From Candidatus Methanophagaceae archaeon (GTDB lineage: Archaea; Halobacteriota; Syntropharchaeia; Alkanophagales; Methanospirareceae): a stretch of DNA of 32,000 nucleotides. The notes under the pieces were generated by a model. It was given only the letters and a program-made list of their open reading frames with translations, had not been told where the DNA came from and made no database searches. Positions 1 through 8,202 of the stretch are shown here, piece after piece. The stretch covers positions 1,155,125-1,187,124 of the forward strand of contig PQXB01000001.1 in the NCBI GenBank assembly GCA_003194425.1, read 5' to 3'. The number at the start of each line of letters is the position of its first letter. Position 1 is the first letter of the stretch. The position numbers and the translations under genes are program-made.

Positions 1-21
1 CAAACTGCCTTACCGCTTCGG

Positions 22-1464
22 TCATTTTCTGCCGCTGGCTGCTGCGTTGCAGGCTGTTGTGTTAAGAGAGAAAACAGGAAGTTTCTGCGGTGCGTCGGGC
101 TCTTTACCGCTAAACAACTCTTCAATCGTAAAAATCTGCGTCTTCGGGTACTTGCTACCGAACGAATCTTTGAAGTCGCCGTTTTTTGCCGCCTCCTCGA
201 TCATCGGTCGTGTCGCGGGTTCTAAAGTTAAGAAGAAGCCCATTTCCGCCTTCTCGCGTTCTACGACCGCGTTGAGCTCTCGGATTTGGCTGACTCCGAC
301 TTTACCGCTCTTAACTTGAACGACCGCCTTCTTTGTCGCCCCGCCGTCGTTGAAGTAGTAGAAGCCGTCGATTCCCGTGTCCGCTCCTTTCTTCCCCTTC
401 TTCCCTTTTTTCCCACCACCGCCGTAGGGTCTCGCGCCGACGAGCGAGAGCGCCCACCACTGAAACTGGTAGCGGTTCTGCGTTGCCAACGCCTTGGCGC
501 CGGCTAAATCTTTTGGCTCACCGACTACTTTGAACTGGATTTCTGGGAAGTTGCGTTTCAGCCGCTCTTTTACCACCGCGATCGCAAGGTGCGTGATGTC
601 AATCCCAATCCAGCGGCGACCGAGTTTCTCGGCAACTGCTACTGCAGTCCCGCAGCCGCAGAACGGGTCTAAAACCGTGTCGCCCTCGTTTGAGGACGCT
701 TTAATAATTCGCTCTAACAGCGCTTCGGGCTTCTGCGTTCGGTAAGGCAGCCACTCATTCTTTTTGTAACTCGTCAGTCTCGGCAGGTCTGCCCACCAGT
801 CATTTACAGGCGTCCCCTTCTCCAGATCCAACGCCCTGCCCCCAGACAACAGGCTGTGCCTCGGCGTTTTTAAAGTCCCCTCGCTGTAAGGTCTGAATTC
901 GGGATTAAACACCCATTCGTCGCCCTTCGTGTACCTAAAAATGACATCGTGCTTTCTCGGAAAGTCTCGTCTCGGAATTCCACCACCGCTGTAGCACCAA
1001 ACAATCTCGTTCCTGAAATTTCTCTTCCCGAAGACCGCGTCCAAAACGATTTTTAAATAATGGCTCGCCGTCGGGTCGCAGTGCAGGTAAATCGAACCCG
1101 TCTCCTTCAAGACCCGCTTCAACTCCAGCAGCCGAATGCACATCATCGTTAGGTAAGCCAAAATGTCGTTCTCGCGAACCGCCCGCCTCAACGAGAGCAT
1201 TAAATCCACTACCTCCGACGGCGCAGACTCCACGATTTCCTGAAACGCCCGCTCTATTTCCGCAGTCCAGTGCCAAGTGTCCTCAAAAGCGGTAATTTGT
1301 GATTTTGACTGCTCGCCTGTCCCCGGCTCTTTGAAGAGGACGTTGTAGGTGGCGTTTGAGTTGAACGGCGGGTCTAAATAAATTAGGTCTACCGACTCGG
1401 GGGGAAGGTACTCGCGGAGAACCGCTAAATTGTCGCCGTAGTAGAGGACGCTTGTTTCGGTCAT
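22..1464 (-). CDS. DNA methyltransferase (beta-class, N6-adenine or N4-cytosine) fused to a C-terminal Mrr-like restriction-endonuclease domain
   Basis: 480-aa ORF with an ATG at 1462-1464. Motif IV 'LIYLDPPFNSN' lies near the N-terminus and AdoMet motif I 'VLDPFCGCGTAVAVAEKLGRRWIGIDI' lies downstream; this IV-then-I order defines the beta class. The C-terminal 'TGIDGFYYF...AVVQVKSGK...FFLT' resembles the Mrr catalytic core (D...QxK). A Gly/Lys (GKK)3 linker separates the two parts. Confidence 0.85.
   Translation of the reverse strand: MTETSVLYYGDNLAVLREYLPPESVDLIYLDPPFNSNATYNVLFKEPGTGEQSKSQITAFEDTWHWTAEIERAFQEIVESAPSEVVDLMLSLRRAVRENDILAYLTMMCIRLLELKRVLKETGSIYLHCDPTASHYLKIVLDAVFGKRNFRNEIVWCYSGGGIPRRDFPRKHDVIFRYTKGDEWVFNPEFRPYSEGTLKTPRHSLLSGGRALDLEKGTPVNDWWADLPRLTSYKKNEWLPYRTQKPEALLERIIKASSNEGDTVLDPFCGCGTAVAVAEKLGRRWIGIDITHLAIAVVKERLKRNFPEIQFKVVGEPKDLAGAKALATQNRYQFQWWALSLVGARPYGGGGKKGKKGKKGADTGIDGFYYFNDGGATKKAVVQVKSGKVGVSQIRELNAVVEREKAEMGFFLTLEPATRPMIEEAAKNGDFKDSFGSKYPKTQIFTIEELFSGKEPDAPQKLPVFSLNTTACNAAASGRK
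386..413. repeat. 9-nt tandem repeat x3 (encodes GKK GKK GKK on the minus strand) in the MTase-Mrr linker
   Basis: Plus strand 'tcctttcttccccttcttccctttttt'. The reverse complement reads GGN-AAR-AAR three times. Confidence 0.7.
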
Positions 1465-1518
1465 TTTTACGATTTTTTCTTGCCTTGAATTTATTTTTGC
1501 TCTGATTAAAGTTAAATT

Positions 1519-2277
1519 ATGGACAGCGTAGGAAAAGCGGTGGTTGTCTTCTCTTTGTTGGGCGTTTGCGGGTTGTACGGGCTTTCCTTAACCTCGCTTG
1601 TAGAGCCGCCGTTCGTTCCGTTGGAGGCGGTTGCGAGCGGTGGGGGAAGAGGTTGGGGAAGCGGTGGGGGAAGCGGTGGGGGAAGCGGTGGGGGAAGTGG
1701 AGGCTGCGGCGAGTACGAGGGGCAACTTGTGCGGACGAGAGGCGTTCTCACTGACCTCCGCACTACCGCAGCTGGAGACCTGCTCACGATTAAAGCGAAC
1801 GGGAGCGAGTTGCTGGTTTTTGTCTTTCTTGATTCGGCGGTGGGTGCGACCGCAGCGAGTGCGAGGAAGGAGCGGGAACGTTTAAACCTGGGCTACGGCG
1901 ACGAAGTAGTGGTTCAGGGCAAGGTGCAGTCGTACAGGGGCAGGTGCGAAATCGTAGCCGAAAAGGTAGGTTGTAAAAATGAGACTGCCAATTCTTCCGT
2001 CTCCGTCTTTGTCTCGCAGGTAGCGGAGAACCCCGAGGAGTACGAGGGCAGGAGGGTAAGCGTTGTAGGTTGCGTTGGGAACGTTTACAAGAACATTTTT
2101 TATCTCGGCGACGAGAAGGGCAAGTATTTAATGAGGGTGAATCTGAAGTCCTTTTCAATTTCACGCCCTGAGTTGAAAATGCAGAAAGGGGAGAAAATAA
2201 TCGCAGAGGGCGTCTTCGCGTACAACGCCGAGAATTTGAGGTACGAGTTGAACTTGGTCTCGGTTTCAGAGATTTAA
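1519..2277 (+). CDS. Membrane-anchored protein with two putative OB-fold-like halves (function unknown)
   Basis: 252-aa ORF with an ATG at 1519. It has a hydrophobic N-terminal segment 'AVVVFSLLGVCGLYGLSL', then a (GGGS)n repeat, then two similar beta-rich halves ('VVVQGKVQSYRGRCEIVAEKV', 'VSVVGCVGNVYKNIFYLGD') reminiscent of OB-fold anticodon-binding-type domains. The functional call is weak. Confidence 0.5.
   Translation: MDSVGKAVVVFSLLGVCGLYGLSLTSLVEPPFVPLEAVASGGGRGWGSGGGSGGGSGGGSGGCGEYEGQLVRTRGVLTDLRTTAAGDLLTIKANGSELLVFVFLDSAVGATAASARKERERLNLGYGDEVVVQGKVQSYRGRCEIVAEKVGCKNETANSSVSVFVSQVAENPEEYEGRRVSVVGCVGNVYKNIFYLGDEKGKYLMRVNLKSFSISRPELKMQKGEKIIAEGVFAYNAENLRYELNLVSVSEI
1639..1698. repeat. 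12-nt tandem repeat x5 (ggtgggggaagc), encodes (GGGS)n
   Basis: Units lie at 1639, 1651, 1663, 1675 and 1687, with 0-2 mismatches per unit. Confidence 0.95.
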
Positions 2278-2278
2278 A

Positions 2279-2812
2279 TTACACGTCTAAAACGACCCTC
2301 GCCTTCCAAACCCCGCTCTTCTCGTCCTTCTTCACCTCCATCATATTGTAAGTCACCGCTTTAATTATTATTCCAGATTCGTGCCTGGCAGGGTCGAATC
2401 GCCCGCCGCTGCACTTTCCGTTTATGCTAAACTCCGCAGCCTCTCCTCCTTCTGAACCCTCCCCTGCTTCCCCCCCTGCTTCCCCTACTCGTTCTTCTTC
2501 TCGTTCTTCTTCTCCTGCCTGCACTTTTATCTCAAACCGCTTCGGTACCAGCAACTCCGACTCGAAGAGGAAAATCATCTCGTCCAGCCAATCAAACATC
2601 AAACTGCAGAGGTCCTCCGATTTTATCTTCACCTCCTTCTCCACCACCTCCTCTCCTTCCCCCTCTCCCACCTCCTCCACATTCGTCATAAAGCTGAAAG
2701 TAGCGAGAGCAGCGTTGGCAAACAACTCCTCCAGCGTCTCGCCACACGCCTCAAACCCCACATCTGACGGGTGCTCGAAGTATTTGAATTTATTTTTGAA
2801 TCTGCTCTGCAT
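2279..2812 (-). CDS. Archease (RtcB/tRNA-modification chaperone family) with an acidic low-complexity insert
   Basis: 177 aa. The N-terminal 'YFEHPSDVGFEACGETLEELFANAALA' and C-terminal 'IIKAVTYNMMEV' match the archease signature (FEHTADxG...; KAVTYH). An insert 'EEEREEERVGEAGGEAGEGSEGGEAAE' lies between the conserved blocks. Confidence 0.8.
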   Translation of the reverse strand: MQSRFKNKFKYFEHPSDVGFEACGETLEELFANAALATFSFMTNVEEVGEGEGEEVVEKEVKIKSEDLCSLMFDWLDEMIFLFESELLVPKRFEIKVQAGEEEREEERVGEAGGEAGEGSEGGEAAEFSINGKCSGGRFDPARHESGIIIKAVTYNMMEVKKDEKSGVWKARVVLDV

Positions 2813-2848
2813 ATTTACTTACTTGCGTTCTTAATATTTAAACGAACG

Positions 2849-4000
2849 ATGAAAGCGATTCTCGCACTCGAAGACGGGACAGTGGTGGAAGGCGAAGGCT
2901 GGGGAGCGGAGGGGACGGCGTTGGGCGAACTCGTCTTTGCAACGCCGTTTACGGGCTACGAGGAAGCCCTGACCGACCCCTCGTACAAGGGGCAGATTTT
3001 GATGTTCACCTACCCGCTCGTCGGGAACTACGGCGTGAGCGGTGCTAAATTCCAGTCAGACGGCGTGAAAGTGGAGGGTTTCGTGGTGCGTGAGCGGTGC
3101 GATTTTCCCTCGCATTTCAAGAGCAAGCGAAGCCTCAACCAGTTCCTACAGGACGAGGGCGTGCCTGCGGTGAGCGGAATTGACACGAGAATGCTGACGA
3201 TAAAGACGAGGAGGTACGGCACAATGAAAGCGTGCTTGAGTGTGGGAGCGAGAGGGGGAGCGAGAGGGAGAGCGGGAGCGAGAGCGGGGGAGGGGGAAGA
3301 GAAGACCGAGATTTTGGAACTCGCAAGAAAGCAGTCCGAGATTTCAGAACTCGACTTGGTGGAGCGGGTTACTTGCAGGAAGCCTTACCGAATAAAAGGC
3401 AGGGGGAAAAGGGTGGCGGTAATTGACTTGGGCGTGAAACGGAACATTCTGAAGAGCCTGGCAGAGCGGGGGTTGGACATTTTCGTCTTCCCTGCGAACG
3501 CGGCGGAGTCTGAGATTCGTGGTTCTGAGCCCGACGCGTTGCTGCTCTCGAACGGACCTGGTGACCCGAAGCGAGGCGCTGCTGGAAATTTAACGCGAGT
3601 GGTAAAGAACTTTGCAGGCGAGATTCCGATTTTCGGGATTTGTTTGGGTCTGCAAATAATTGCGCTTGCCTTTGGTTGCGAGACCTACAAACTGAAGTTC
3701 GGGCACCGCGGTGCGAACCAACCCGTGAAAGACCTCAAGAGCGGGCGTGTTTTCATAACTTCCCAGAACCACGGCTTCGCAGTCAAGAAGGACTCGCTGG
3801 ACGGTGCGTTGGACGGTGGAGGAACAGCAGCAGGACTGACGCAGGTGAACGCGAACGACGGCACGGTGGAGGGCTTCGAGGACGCTTACTTGGGTGTGAA
3901 ATGCGTGCAGTACCACCCAGAGGCGAGCCCAGGTCCGTGGGACACCGAGAAGGCGTTCTTTGACGATTTGGCGAAGGGAGGCAGCTCAGGATTTGTCTAA
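2849..4000 (+). CDS. carA: Carbamoyl-phosphate synthase small (glutaminase) subunit
   Basis: The N-terminal 'MKAILALEDGTVVEGEGWGAEG...GELVFATPFTGYEEALTDPSYKGQILMFTYPLVGNYG' is typical CarA. The triad-type GATase has 'GICLGLQ' and 'QYHPEA'. The start was moved to the ATG at 2849 because the ORF-track start at 2771 adds a non-conserved hydrophobic leader. It contains a Gly/Ala/Arg low-complexity insert. Confidence 0.9.
   Translation: MKAILALEDGTVVEGEGWGAEGTALGELVFATPFTGYEEALTDPSYKGQILMFTYPLVGNYGVSGAKFQSDGVKVEGFVVRERCDFPSHFKSKRSLNQFLQDEGVPAVSGIDTRMLTIKTRRYGTMKACLSVGARGGARGRAGARAGEGEEKTEILELARKQSEISELDLVERVTCRKPYRIKGRGKRVAVIDLGVKRNILKSLAERGLDIFVFPANAAESEIRGSEPDALLLSNGPGDPKRGAAGNLTRVVKNFAGEIPIFGICLGLQIIALAFGCETYKLKFGHRGANQPVKDLKSGRVFITSQNHGFAVKKDSLDGALDGGGTAAGLTQVNANDGTVEGFEDAYLGVKCVQYHPEASPGPWDTEKAFFDDLAKGGSSGFV
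3246..3293. repeat. Imperfect ~12-nt tandem repeat (gagcgagagggg) inside carA, encodes GARGGARGRAGARAG
   Basis: The units read by eye are gagcgagagggg, gagcgagaggga, gagcgggagcga and gagcggggga. Confidence 0.7.
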
Positions 4001-5116
4001 CAGCCGTGCCACAGCGAAAGCCGGAAAAGCCGCCGATATTTTCGCACCGTAGACCGAAGCGAGCGAGACGAACTCAAGATTCACACGCTCCGCAGCCGCC
4101 TTCGCAACGAAATCCCCGATTCCCGCAGAGACCACACGCTCCAGCCCGTACTCCTCTCTCTGCCGCTTCAACTCCGCCGCCAACTCCGCCACCTGCACTT
4201 CCTTCACCTGCTCTGCAATTCCAACAACGCTCTCCTCACCAAGCTCCTCAAGGTCGCTGCAGACCACCCGAGCCAACCTTCGCAGCGCAGCTCGCCGACT
4301 TTTCGCTCCCTCTCCCTCTCCCTCTCCTTCTCCCTTCCACTCCTCTCCTTCTTCCTTCCACCCCTCCCCTCCCGCTCGGTCAGGGCTTTCGCAGCGGTAG
4401 TCCTCCTCGCTCAAGTCCCCAAGTACGAGGTAAGCGTCCGCCGTGATTGCGAAGAACTCCGCCGCAGTCCTGCATTCCTCTTTTTCCTTGCTTTCTCCCC
4501 CTCGCTCACCTACCCTAACTCGCCGCAGCAGCGTAGCAACACTTGTTCTCAAGACGCCCGAATAAATCAGTTCGTCGGATTTCAGCCGCTCGAGGTCGCT
4601 TCTCTTCGCCTTTATTTCCCCACCCGCGATTGGAATCACGTCGGTTGTGGTGCTACCAACGTCCACAAAAATCGCGTCTTTGCCGCCGCAGCCTCCTCCC
4701 TCTGAGACCGAGACGAACTTTGCAGAGGCGAGCCAATTCGTAGCCGCGAACGAGAGCGGGTCTCTCTCAACTGCAGAGCCGTCCCTGAAGACGCAGTCCG
4801 TCCCGAAGAATTTAAGTCCTTCAAATCCAAAGACTGAGGTTAGAATATTTTTTATCCGCAGAACACCCTCCCTCCTCGTCTCAAAACAGTCGCACAACTC
4901 TCCTGTCATCACCACCCCCACTGCTTCAATTCCTGCCCCTCCCTCTTTCCCCCCTTCCTCTTTCTCCCCTCCTTCTGTCTCAAAGTTTTGTTTCACCCTT
5001 AACAGCACGTCGTCCAGAACCGCACTGCTCTTCCAGAGCGGAGCGTAAATTGAAAATGCGTCGTCTGGAGTTGCTACTTTCGTGTTCGCCCCGCCCACAT
5101 CTACGCCTACAATCAT
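3986..5116 (-). CDS. Hydantoinase/oxoprolinase-like ASKHA ATPase of the H4MPT-associated type
   Basis: 376 aa. Phosphate-1 motif 'MIVGVDVGGANTKVA' and 'IFVDVGSTTTDVIPI' are typical of the hydantoinase_A-like family found next to C1/methanopterin or methanofuran genes in methanogen-like archaea. It carries two Glu/Gly/Trp/Lys low-complexity inserts. Its start overlaps the upstream gene stop (ATGA at 5113-5116). Confidence 0.6.
   Translation of the reverse strand: MIVGVDVGGANTKVATPDDAFSIYAPLWKSSAVLDDVLLRVKQNFETEGGEKEEGGKEGGAGIEAVGVVMTGELCDCFETRREGVLRIKNILTSVFGFEGLKFFGTDCVFRDGSAVERDPLSFAATNWLASAKFVSVSEGGGCGGKDAIFVDVGSTTTDVIPIAGGEIKAKRSDLERLKSDELIYSGVLRTSVATLLRRVRVGERGGESKEKEECRTAAEFFAITADAYLVLGDLSEEDYRCESPDRAGGEGWKEEGEEWKGEGEGEGEGAKSRRAALRRLARVVCSDLEELGEESVVGIAEQVKEVQVAELAAELKRQREEYGLERVVSAGIGDFVAKAAAERVNLEFVSLASVYGAKISAAFPAFAVARLLDKS
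4306..4375. repeat. Pyrimidine-rich (ctccct)n and ~21-nt imperfect repeats inside the ASKHA gene, encoding EGWKEEGEEWKGEGEGEGEG
   Basis: 'ctccctctccctctccctctccttctcccttccactcctctccttcttccttccacccctcccctccc'. Confidence 0.7.
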
Positions 5117-5835
5117 TTCTCCTTCTCCTTGCTCTTTCCCCCCTCTCTAACAAACAAAAGCGGGAAAATTATGTCGCTCAGGCAGCAGGGAAACCAGACC
5201 GAGAGAAACAAAATGAAAAACACAAAAGGCAGCAAAGAAAAACCCGCACCGCCAAAACCACCGCCAAAACCACCGACAAAACCACCGCCAAGACCACCGA
5301 CAAAACCACTGCCAAAACCAAGACCGAACGCGGTGAGGTAGAAGAGCGACGCCCAAGTGCTCAGCAGGACGTGCCCTGCGTGCGGAAACTTGGTCGCGGG
5401 GCGGAAGTAGGCGATTAAAATGCCGAGAACCGCGAGCGGGTTCACGAGCCACCACTTCTCGACGAAGCCCAGGTGAAACTCCATTTCCGCACCTAAAAGA
5501 GTCCCGCCGAGGTAGGGGAAAAAAATGTCGCTCAGCGTGGCGATTCCGACCGAGCCGAGGTAGCCGACTAAAAAGACCTGCCAGCCTTTACCTCGGTGCA
5601 GCCGAAACATTCCCGCGGTCACGAGCGCACTCAAGACCACGTGAATCGGGTGAAGGGTGTAGAAAATTGTCTCCGAGAGATTTTGCGAGAGGCGGGTCGT
5701 GAAAAACATTAGAACGATTCCTGTAACCGCGCCGAAAGAAGTGAACGGGGCGTGCCTCACTAATTCCCTGCTAATTAGCCTTGATTTTTCGTGCAGCCTC
5801 GTCCTGAAGGGTTTTGCGTACTCGTTAATTTGCAT
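5113..5835 (-). CDS. Polytopic integral membrane protein with conserved His motifs (possible metal transporter; function unknown)
   Basis: 240 aa with multiple hydrophobic segments. Two His motifs are present: 'LHPIHVVLSALVTAGMF' and 'KFPHAGHVLLSTWASLF'. There is a Gly/Phe/Val-rich tandem-repeat insert near the C-terminus. Confidence 0.6.
   Translation of the reverse strand: MQINEYAKPFRTRLHEKSRLISRELVRHAPFTSFGAVTGIVLMFFTTRLSQNLSETIFYTLHPIHVVLSALVTAGMFRLHRGKGWQVFLVGYLGSVGIATLSDIFFPYLGGTLLGAEMEFHLGFVEKWWLVNPLAVLGILIAYFRPATKFPHAGHVLLSTWASLFYLTAFGLGFGSGFVGGLGGGFVGGFGGGFGGAGFSLLPFVFFILFLSVWFPCCLSDIIFPLLFVREGGKSKEKEK
5247..5318. repeat. 12-nt tandem repeat x6 (caccgccaaaac), encodes a Gly/Phe/Val-rich segment of the membrane protein
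   Basis: Units lie at 5247, 5259, 5271, 5283, 5295 and 5307 with 0-2 mismatches. Confidence 0.9.
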
Positions 5836-5848
5836 TGTTTTCTCTTTC

Positions 5849-7156
5849 TTATTTTCTAATAATTGCGTCTATTCCTAAAATAAAAGAATACGGCGCGTAG
5901 GTCTTCACCTTCCTCGCATTCAGGATTTCCAACTGGACCTCACGCCCGCCCGCTCGCTTGCTCGCCTCGTTTATTCCTGCAGCCAACTTCTCCTTCGCCT
6001 TCTTTATCGCAGTCTCAAGAGAAAGGGAAGGGGGAGAAGAAGAAGGAGAAGGAGTGGGAGAGGGAGAAGGAGAGGGAGAAGAGGTTTCAAGAGTGTAGAA
6101 ATGAATTGTCCCAGCACGCAGTTTGAGCATTCCAAGAGCCTCGTTAAGAAAGAGGTGGGCGCTCTTTGGCAAGTTCATAATTATTCGGTCTGCAGAGCCT
6201 CTGAACCGCTCTTTCTCGTTCCCGCTCTCGTTCCCGCTCTCGTTCCCGCTCTCGTTCCCGCTCTCACTCTCGCCTTTGAAGACCTCTCTTGCGTCGCCCA
6301 GCACCGCCTCAATTTTTCCCTCACCCACGCGGTTCAATTTTATATTCTCCTTAAGGTACCGCACTGCCTCGGGATTGATTTCAATTGCGGTAACGTGGCT
6401 GTGGGGTGCTCGTTTAGCGATTTGAACCGCGAAGGAGCCGACGCCTGCAAACATATCAATTATTTTTTCTGCCTCGTTCTCTCTCTCGCTGCGTTCTACC
6501 TGCTCCACCACTCTGGCTCGTTCGGTTGCGAGGCGGGGGTTGAAATAGACTTTGTTGAGGTCGAGTTTGAACCTGCAGCCGTTCTCCTTGTGGGTTGTTT
6601 CTGTCCTGCACTCGCCTGCGATTATTTTCAGCCGCCGCTGCCTGAAGACGCCTTCGACGGGCGAGGTCTGCTTTGCGACGACTTTTATGTTCTTGTGCAG
6701 GCTCAAAATTGCTCGTGCTTGTGCTGCGACCCGCTCAAGACTCTCGTCAATTTCGGCAGTCTCGCGGTCGCGGTGGCGGTCGCGGTGGCGGTCGCGGTGG
6801 CGGTCGCGGTGGCGGTCGCGGTGGCGGTCGGAGTCGGGACCGCGGTCACCAGTCAGCACCGCAATGTCGCCCACGACCTCGTAAGCAGGCTTGAACCCAA
6901 CCAGGTCTTCTACGCTCCTTCTTGGCTCTGAAATCTCAAACTCTCGTGTTTCTTGGGTTAGAGTTAGAGACTCCTGCTGCTCTAACCGTCGCACGAGCGG
7001 CAGAAAAATGAAATCCGGGTCCGAGATTATTTTTGCGTCGGTTCTCAGCAGTTTGCGCTCTTTCAAAGCCCTCCTGACCTCTTCTCCTCGCCGCTTCTCC
7101 ACCTTTACGCAAAGCAAAGTCGCACTCTTCAAATTCGCCCTCTTTTCCTTCTTCAT
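5849..7156 (-). CDS. trm5: tRNA (guanine37-N1)-methyltransferase, Trm5/Taw22 family
   Basis: 'YEVVGDIAVL', 'VYFNPRLATER', the AdoMet motif 'IDMFAGVGSFAVQIA' and 'RIIMNLP' are Trm5 (Met_10) hallmarks. The start was set at the ATG at 7154-7156. The ORF-track start at 7222 is a TTG that would overlap the divergent neighbour. Three separate tandem-repeat inserts lie inside. Confidence 0.85.
   Translation of the reverse strand: MKKEKRANLKSATLLCVKVEKRRGEEVRRALKERKLLRTDAKIISDPDFIFLPLVRRLEQQESLTLTQETREFEISEPRRSVEDLVGFKPAYEVVGDIAVLTGDRGPDSDRHRDRHRDRHRDRHRDRHRDRETAEIDESLERVAAQARAILSLHKNIKVVAKQTSPVEGVFRQRRLKIIAGECRTETTHKENGCRFKLDLNKVYFNPRLATERARVVEQVERSERENEAEKIIDMFAGVGSFAVQIAKRAPHSHVTAIEINPEAVRYLKENIKLNRVGEGKIEAVLGDAREVFKGESESGNESGNESGNESGNEKERFRGSADRIIMNLPKSAHLFLNEALGMLKLRAGTIHFYTLETSSPSPSPSPTPSPSSSPPSLSLETAIKKAKEKLAAGINEASKRAGGREVQLEILNARKVKTYAPYSFILGIDAIIRK
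6021..6083. repeat. Purine-rich imperfect 6-nt repeats (ggagaa/ggagag), encode SPSPSPSPTPSPSSSPPS in Trm5
   Basis: 'gaaagggaagggggagaagaagaaggagaaggagtgggagagggagaaggagagggagaagag'. Confidence 0.75.
6209..6268. repeat. 12-nt tandem repeat x4-5 (cccgctctcgtt), encodes (GNES)4 in Trm5
   Basis: Perfect units lie at 6221, 6233 and 6245. Degenerate units lie at 6209 and 6257. Confidence 0.95.
6763..6828. repeat. 12-nt tandem repeat x5.5 (cgcggtggcggt), encodes (DRHR)n in Trm5
   Basis: Five perfect units lie at 6769, 6781, 6793, 6805 and 6817, with a leading half unit at 6763. Confidence 0.97.
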
Positions 7157-7205
7157 CAAGTTTAAGACAAAACAAGATTTAAACAAAACTACTTTCCTTA
7201 AAAAA

Positions 7206-8195
7206 ATGGGAAAATATTCCAAAATCGCAGTTGTCGTTGTGTTGTGCCTGTTAGCAGCCTCGGCAGGCTTTTTGGCCGGCTTACTACAGCTTTCCGAGGG
7301 ACCACCAAGCGTGTATTTGCAACAAACAGGCTACTACCCCGAGGAAGAGGGGGGCGGAGTCAAAGTAGGGGGAGTAGGGGGCGGGAGATTTCCGTTAGCA
7401 GTGCCAACGCCTCGCCCGTTTGCAGTAGCGCCGGTAGAAGAAGAAATAGACGAGAAGGAAATAGACGAGAAGAGGCTGGAATATGCAGAGAAGACTTCTG
7501 CGGGGAGATCTGAATTCGAACCCGCGAGCGAGAGGAAAATAATTCAAACGGCTTCGCTGGAGATTGAAGTAAAGGATTTTCAGTCGAGTTTCGATGCCGT
7601 CGTTGAGATTGTGGAGCGGTCGGAGGGGTTCGTCTCAGATTCCCGCGTCTACACAACTGGCACAGGAGCCAGCACAGGCGCCGGCGAGCGTAAGAAAGCA
7701 ATGATTACGGTCCGAGTCCCAAAAGACAACTTCCTCGCAGTCCTCTCTGAAATTGAACGGCTCGGCACCGTGAAATCAAAGCACACCTCCGGCGAGGACG
7801 TTACCGAAGAATTCATTGACTTGAATGCGAGGCTCAACAACTCTGAACGACAGGAGCGGCGGCTGCTGGAGATTCTGGAGACCGCTGAGGAGGTAAAAGA
7901 CGTTCTTGAGGTGGAGCAGGAGTTGTGGCGTGTGCGGAGTGAAATCGAGAGTCTTACGGGCCGGAAGAAATATCTTGAGAACCGCGTCGAGCTTGCGACG
8001 GTCTCGGTTTTGTTGCACGAGCCAGAGCCGATTACACAGAGCTGGGGGCTGAGGGACGCTTTTCGCTCGGCTTTCAGGGGCTTTGTGTCAGTTGTTCGGG
8101 GGCTTGTAATTTTGGTGGGCTACGCCTTGCCGATTTTAATTCTGCTCGGTCTCGGCTGGCTCGTCCTACGGCTGCAGTGGCGGAAAAGGGGTTAA
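7206..8195 (+). CDS. DUF4349-type membrane-anchored protein
   Basis: The ATG at 7206 gives 'MGKYSKIAVVVVLCLLAASAGFLAG' (signal/anchor). The central 'IIQTASLEIEVKDF...ITVRVPKDNF...LGTVKSKHTSGEDVTEEFIDLNARLNNSERQERRLLEIL' matches the DUF4349 pattern, and there are C-terminal TM helices. The upstream part of the 434-aa ORF is antisense to trm5 and was discarded. Confidence 0.7.
   Translation: MGKYSKIAVVVVLCLLAASAGFLAGLLQLSEGPPSVYLQQTGYYPEEEGGGVKVGGVGGGRFPLAVPTPRPFAVAPVEEEIDEKEIDEKRLEYAEKTSAGRSEFEPASERKIIQTASLEIEVKDFQSSFDAVVEIVERSEGFVSDSRVYTTGTGASTGAGERKKAMITVRVPKDNFLAVLSEIERLGTVKSKHTSGEDVTEEFIDLNARLNNSERQERRLLEILETAEEVKDVLEVEQELWRVRSEIESLTGRKKYLENRVELATVSVLLHEPEPITQSWGLRDAFRSAFRGFVSVVRGLVILVGYALPILILLGLGWLVLRLQWRKRG
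7443..7472. repeat. 15-nt tandem duplication (gaaatagacgagaag x2), encodes EIDEK EIDEK
   Basis: Perfect copies lie at 7443-7457 and 7458-7472. Confidence 0.9.
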
Positions 8196-8202
8196 GGCGG
8201 CG

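Noticed and set aside
1512-1787. 91-aa minus-strand proline-repeat ORF (PPLPPPLPPP) and similar repeat-derived ORFs in other arrays.
   Set aside because: It is the antisense reading of the (GGGS)n array inside a better-supported plus-strand gene, with no independent start or stop context.
2849-4000. carA has no adjacent carB. The next gene is convergent.
   Set aside because: Split or dispersed carA/carB arrangements are common in archaea, and carB may simply lie elsewhere. This is not anomalous on its own.
6763-6828. Whether the tandem arrays (this one and the others listed) could be CRISPR arrays or minisatellite mobile elements.
   Set aside because: The units are 9-24 nt and directly abutting, with no spacers. 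They lie inside conserved ORFs and share no sequence between loci. There are no cas genes in the window.
6101-6931. 276-aa plus-strand ORF, plus several 70-110-aa ORFs reading through the trm5 repeats.
   Set aside because: They are antisense to, or out of frame with, Trm5, whose motifs are unambiguous. They stay open largely because the tandem repeats lack stop codons in all frames.
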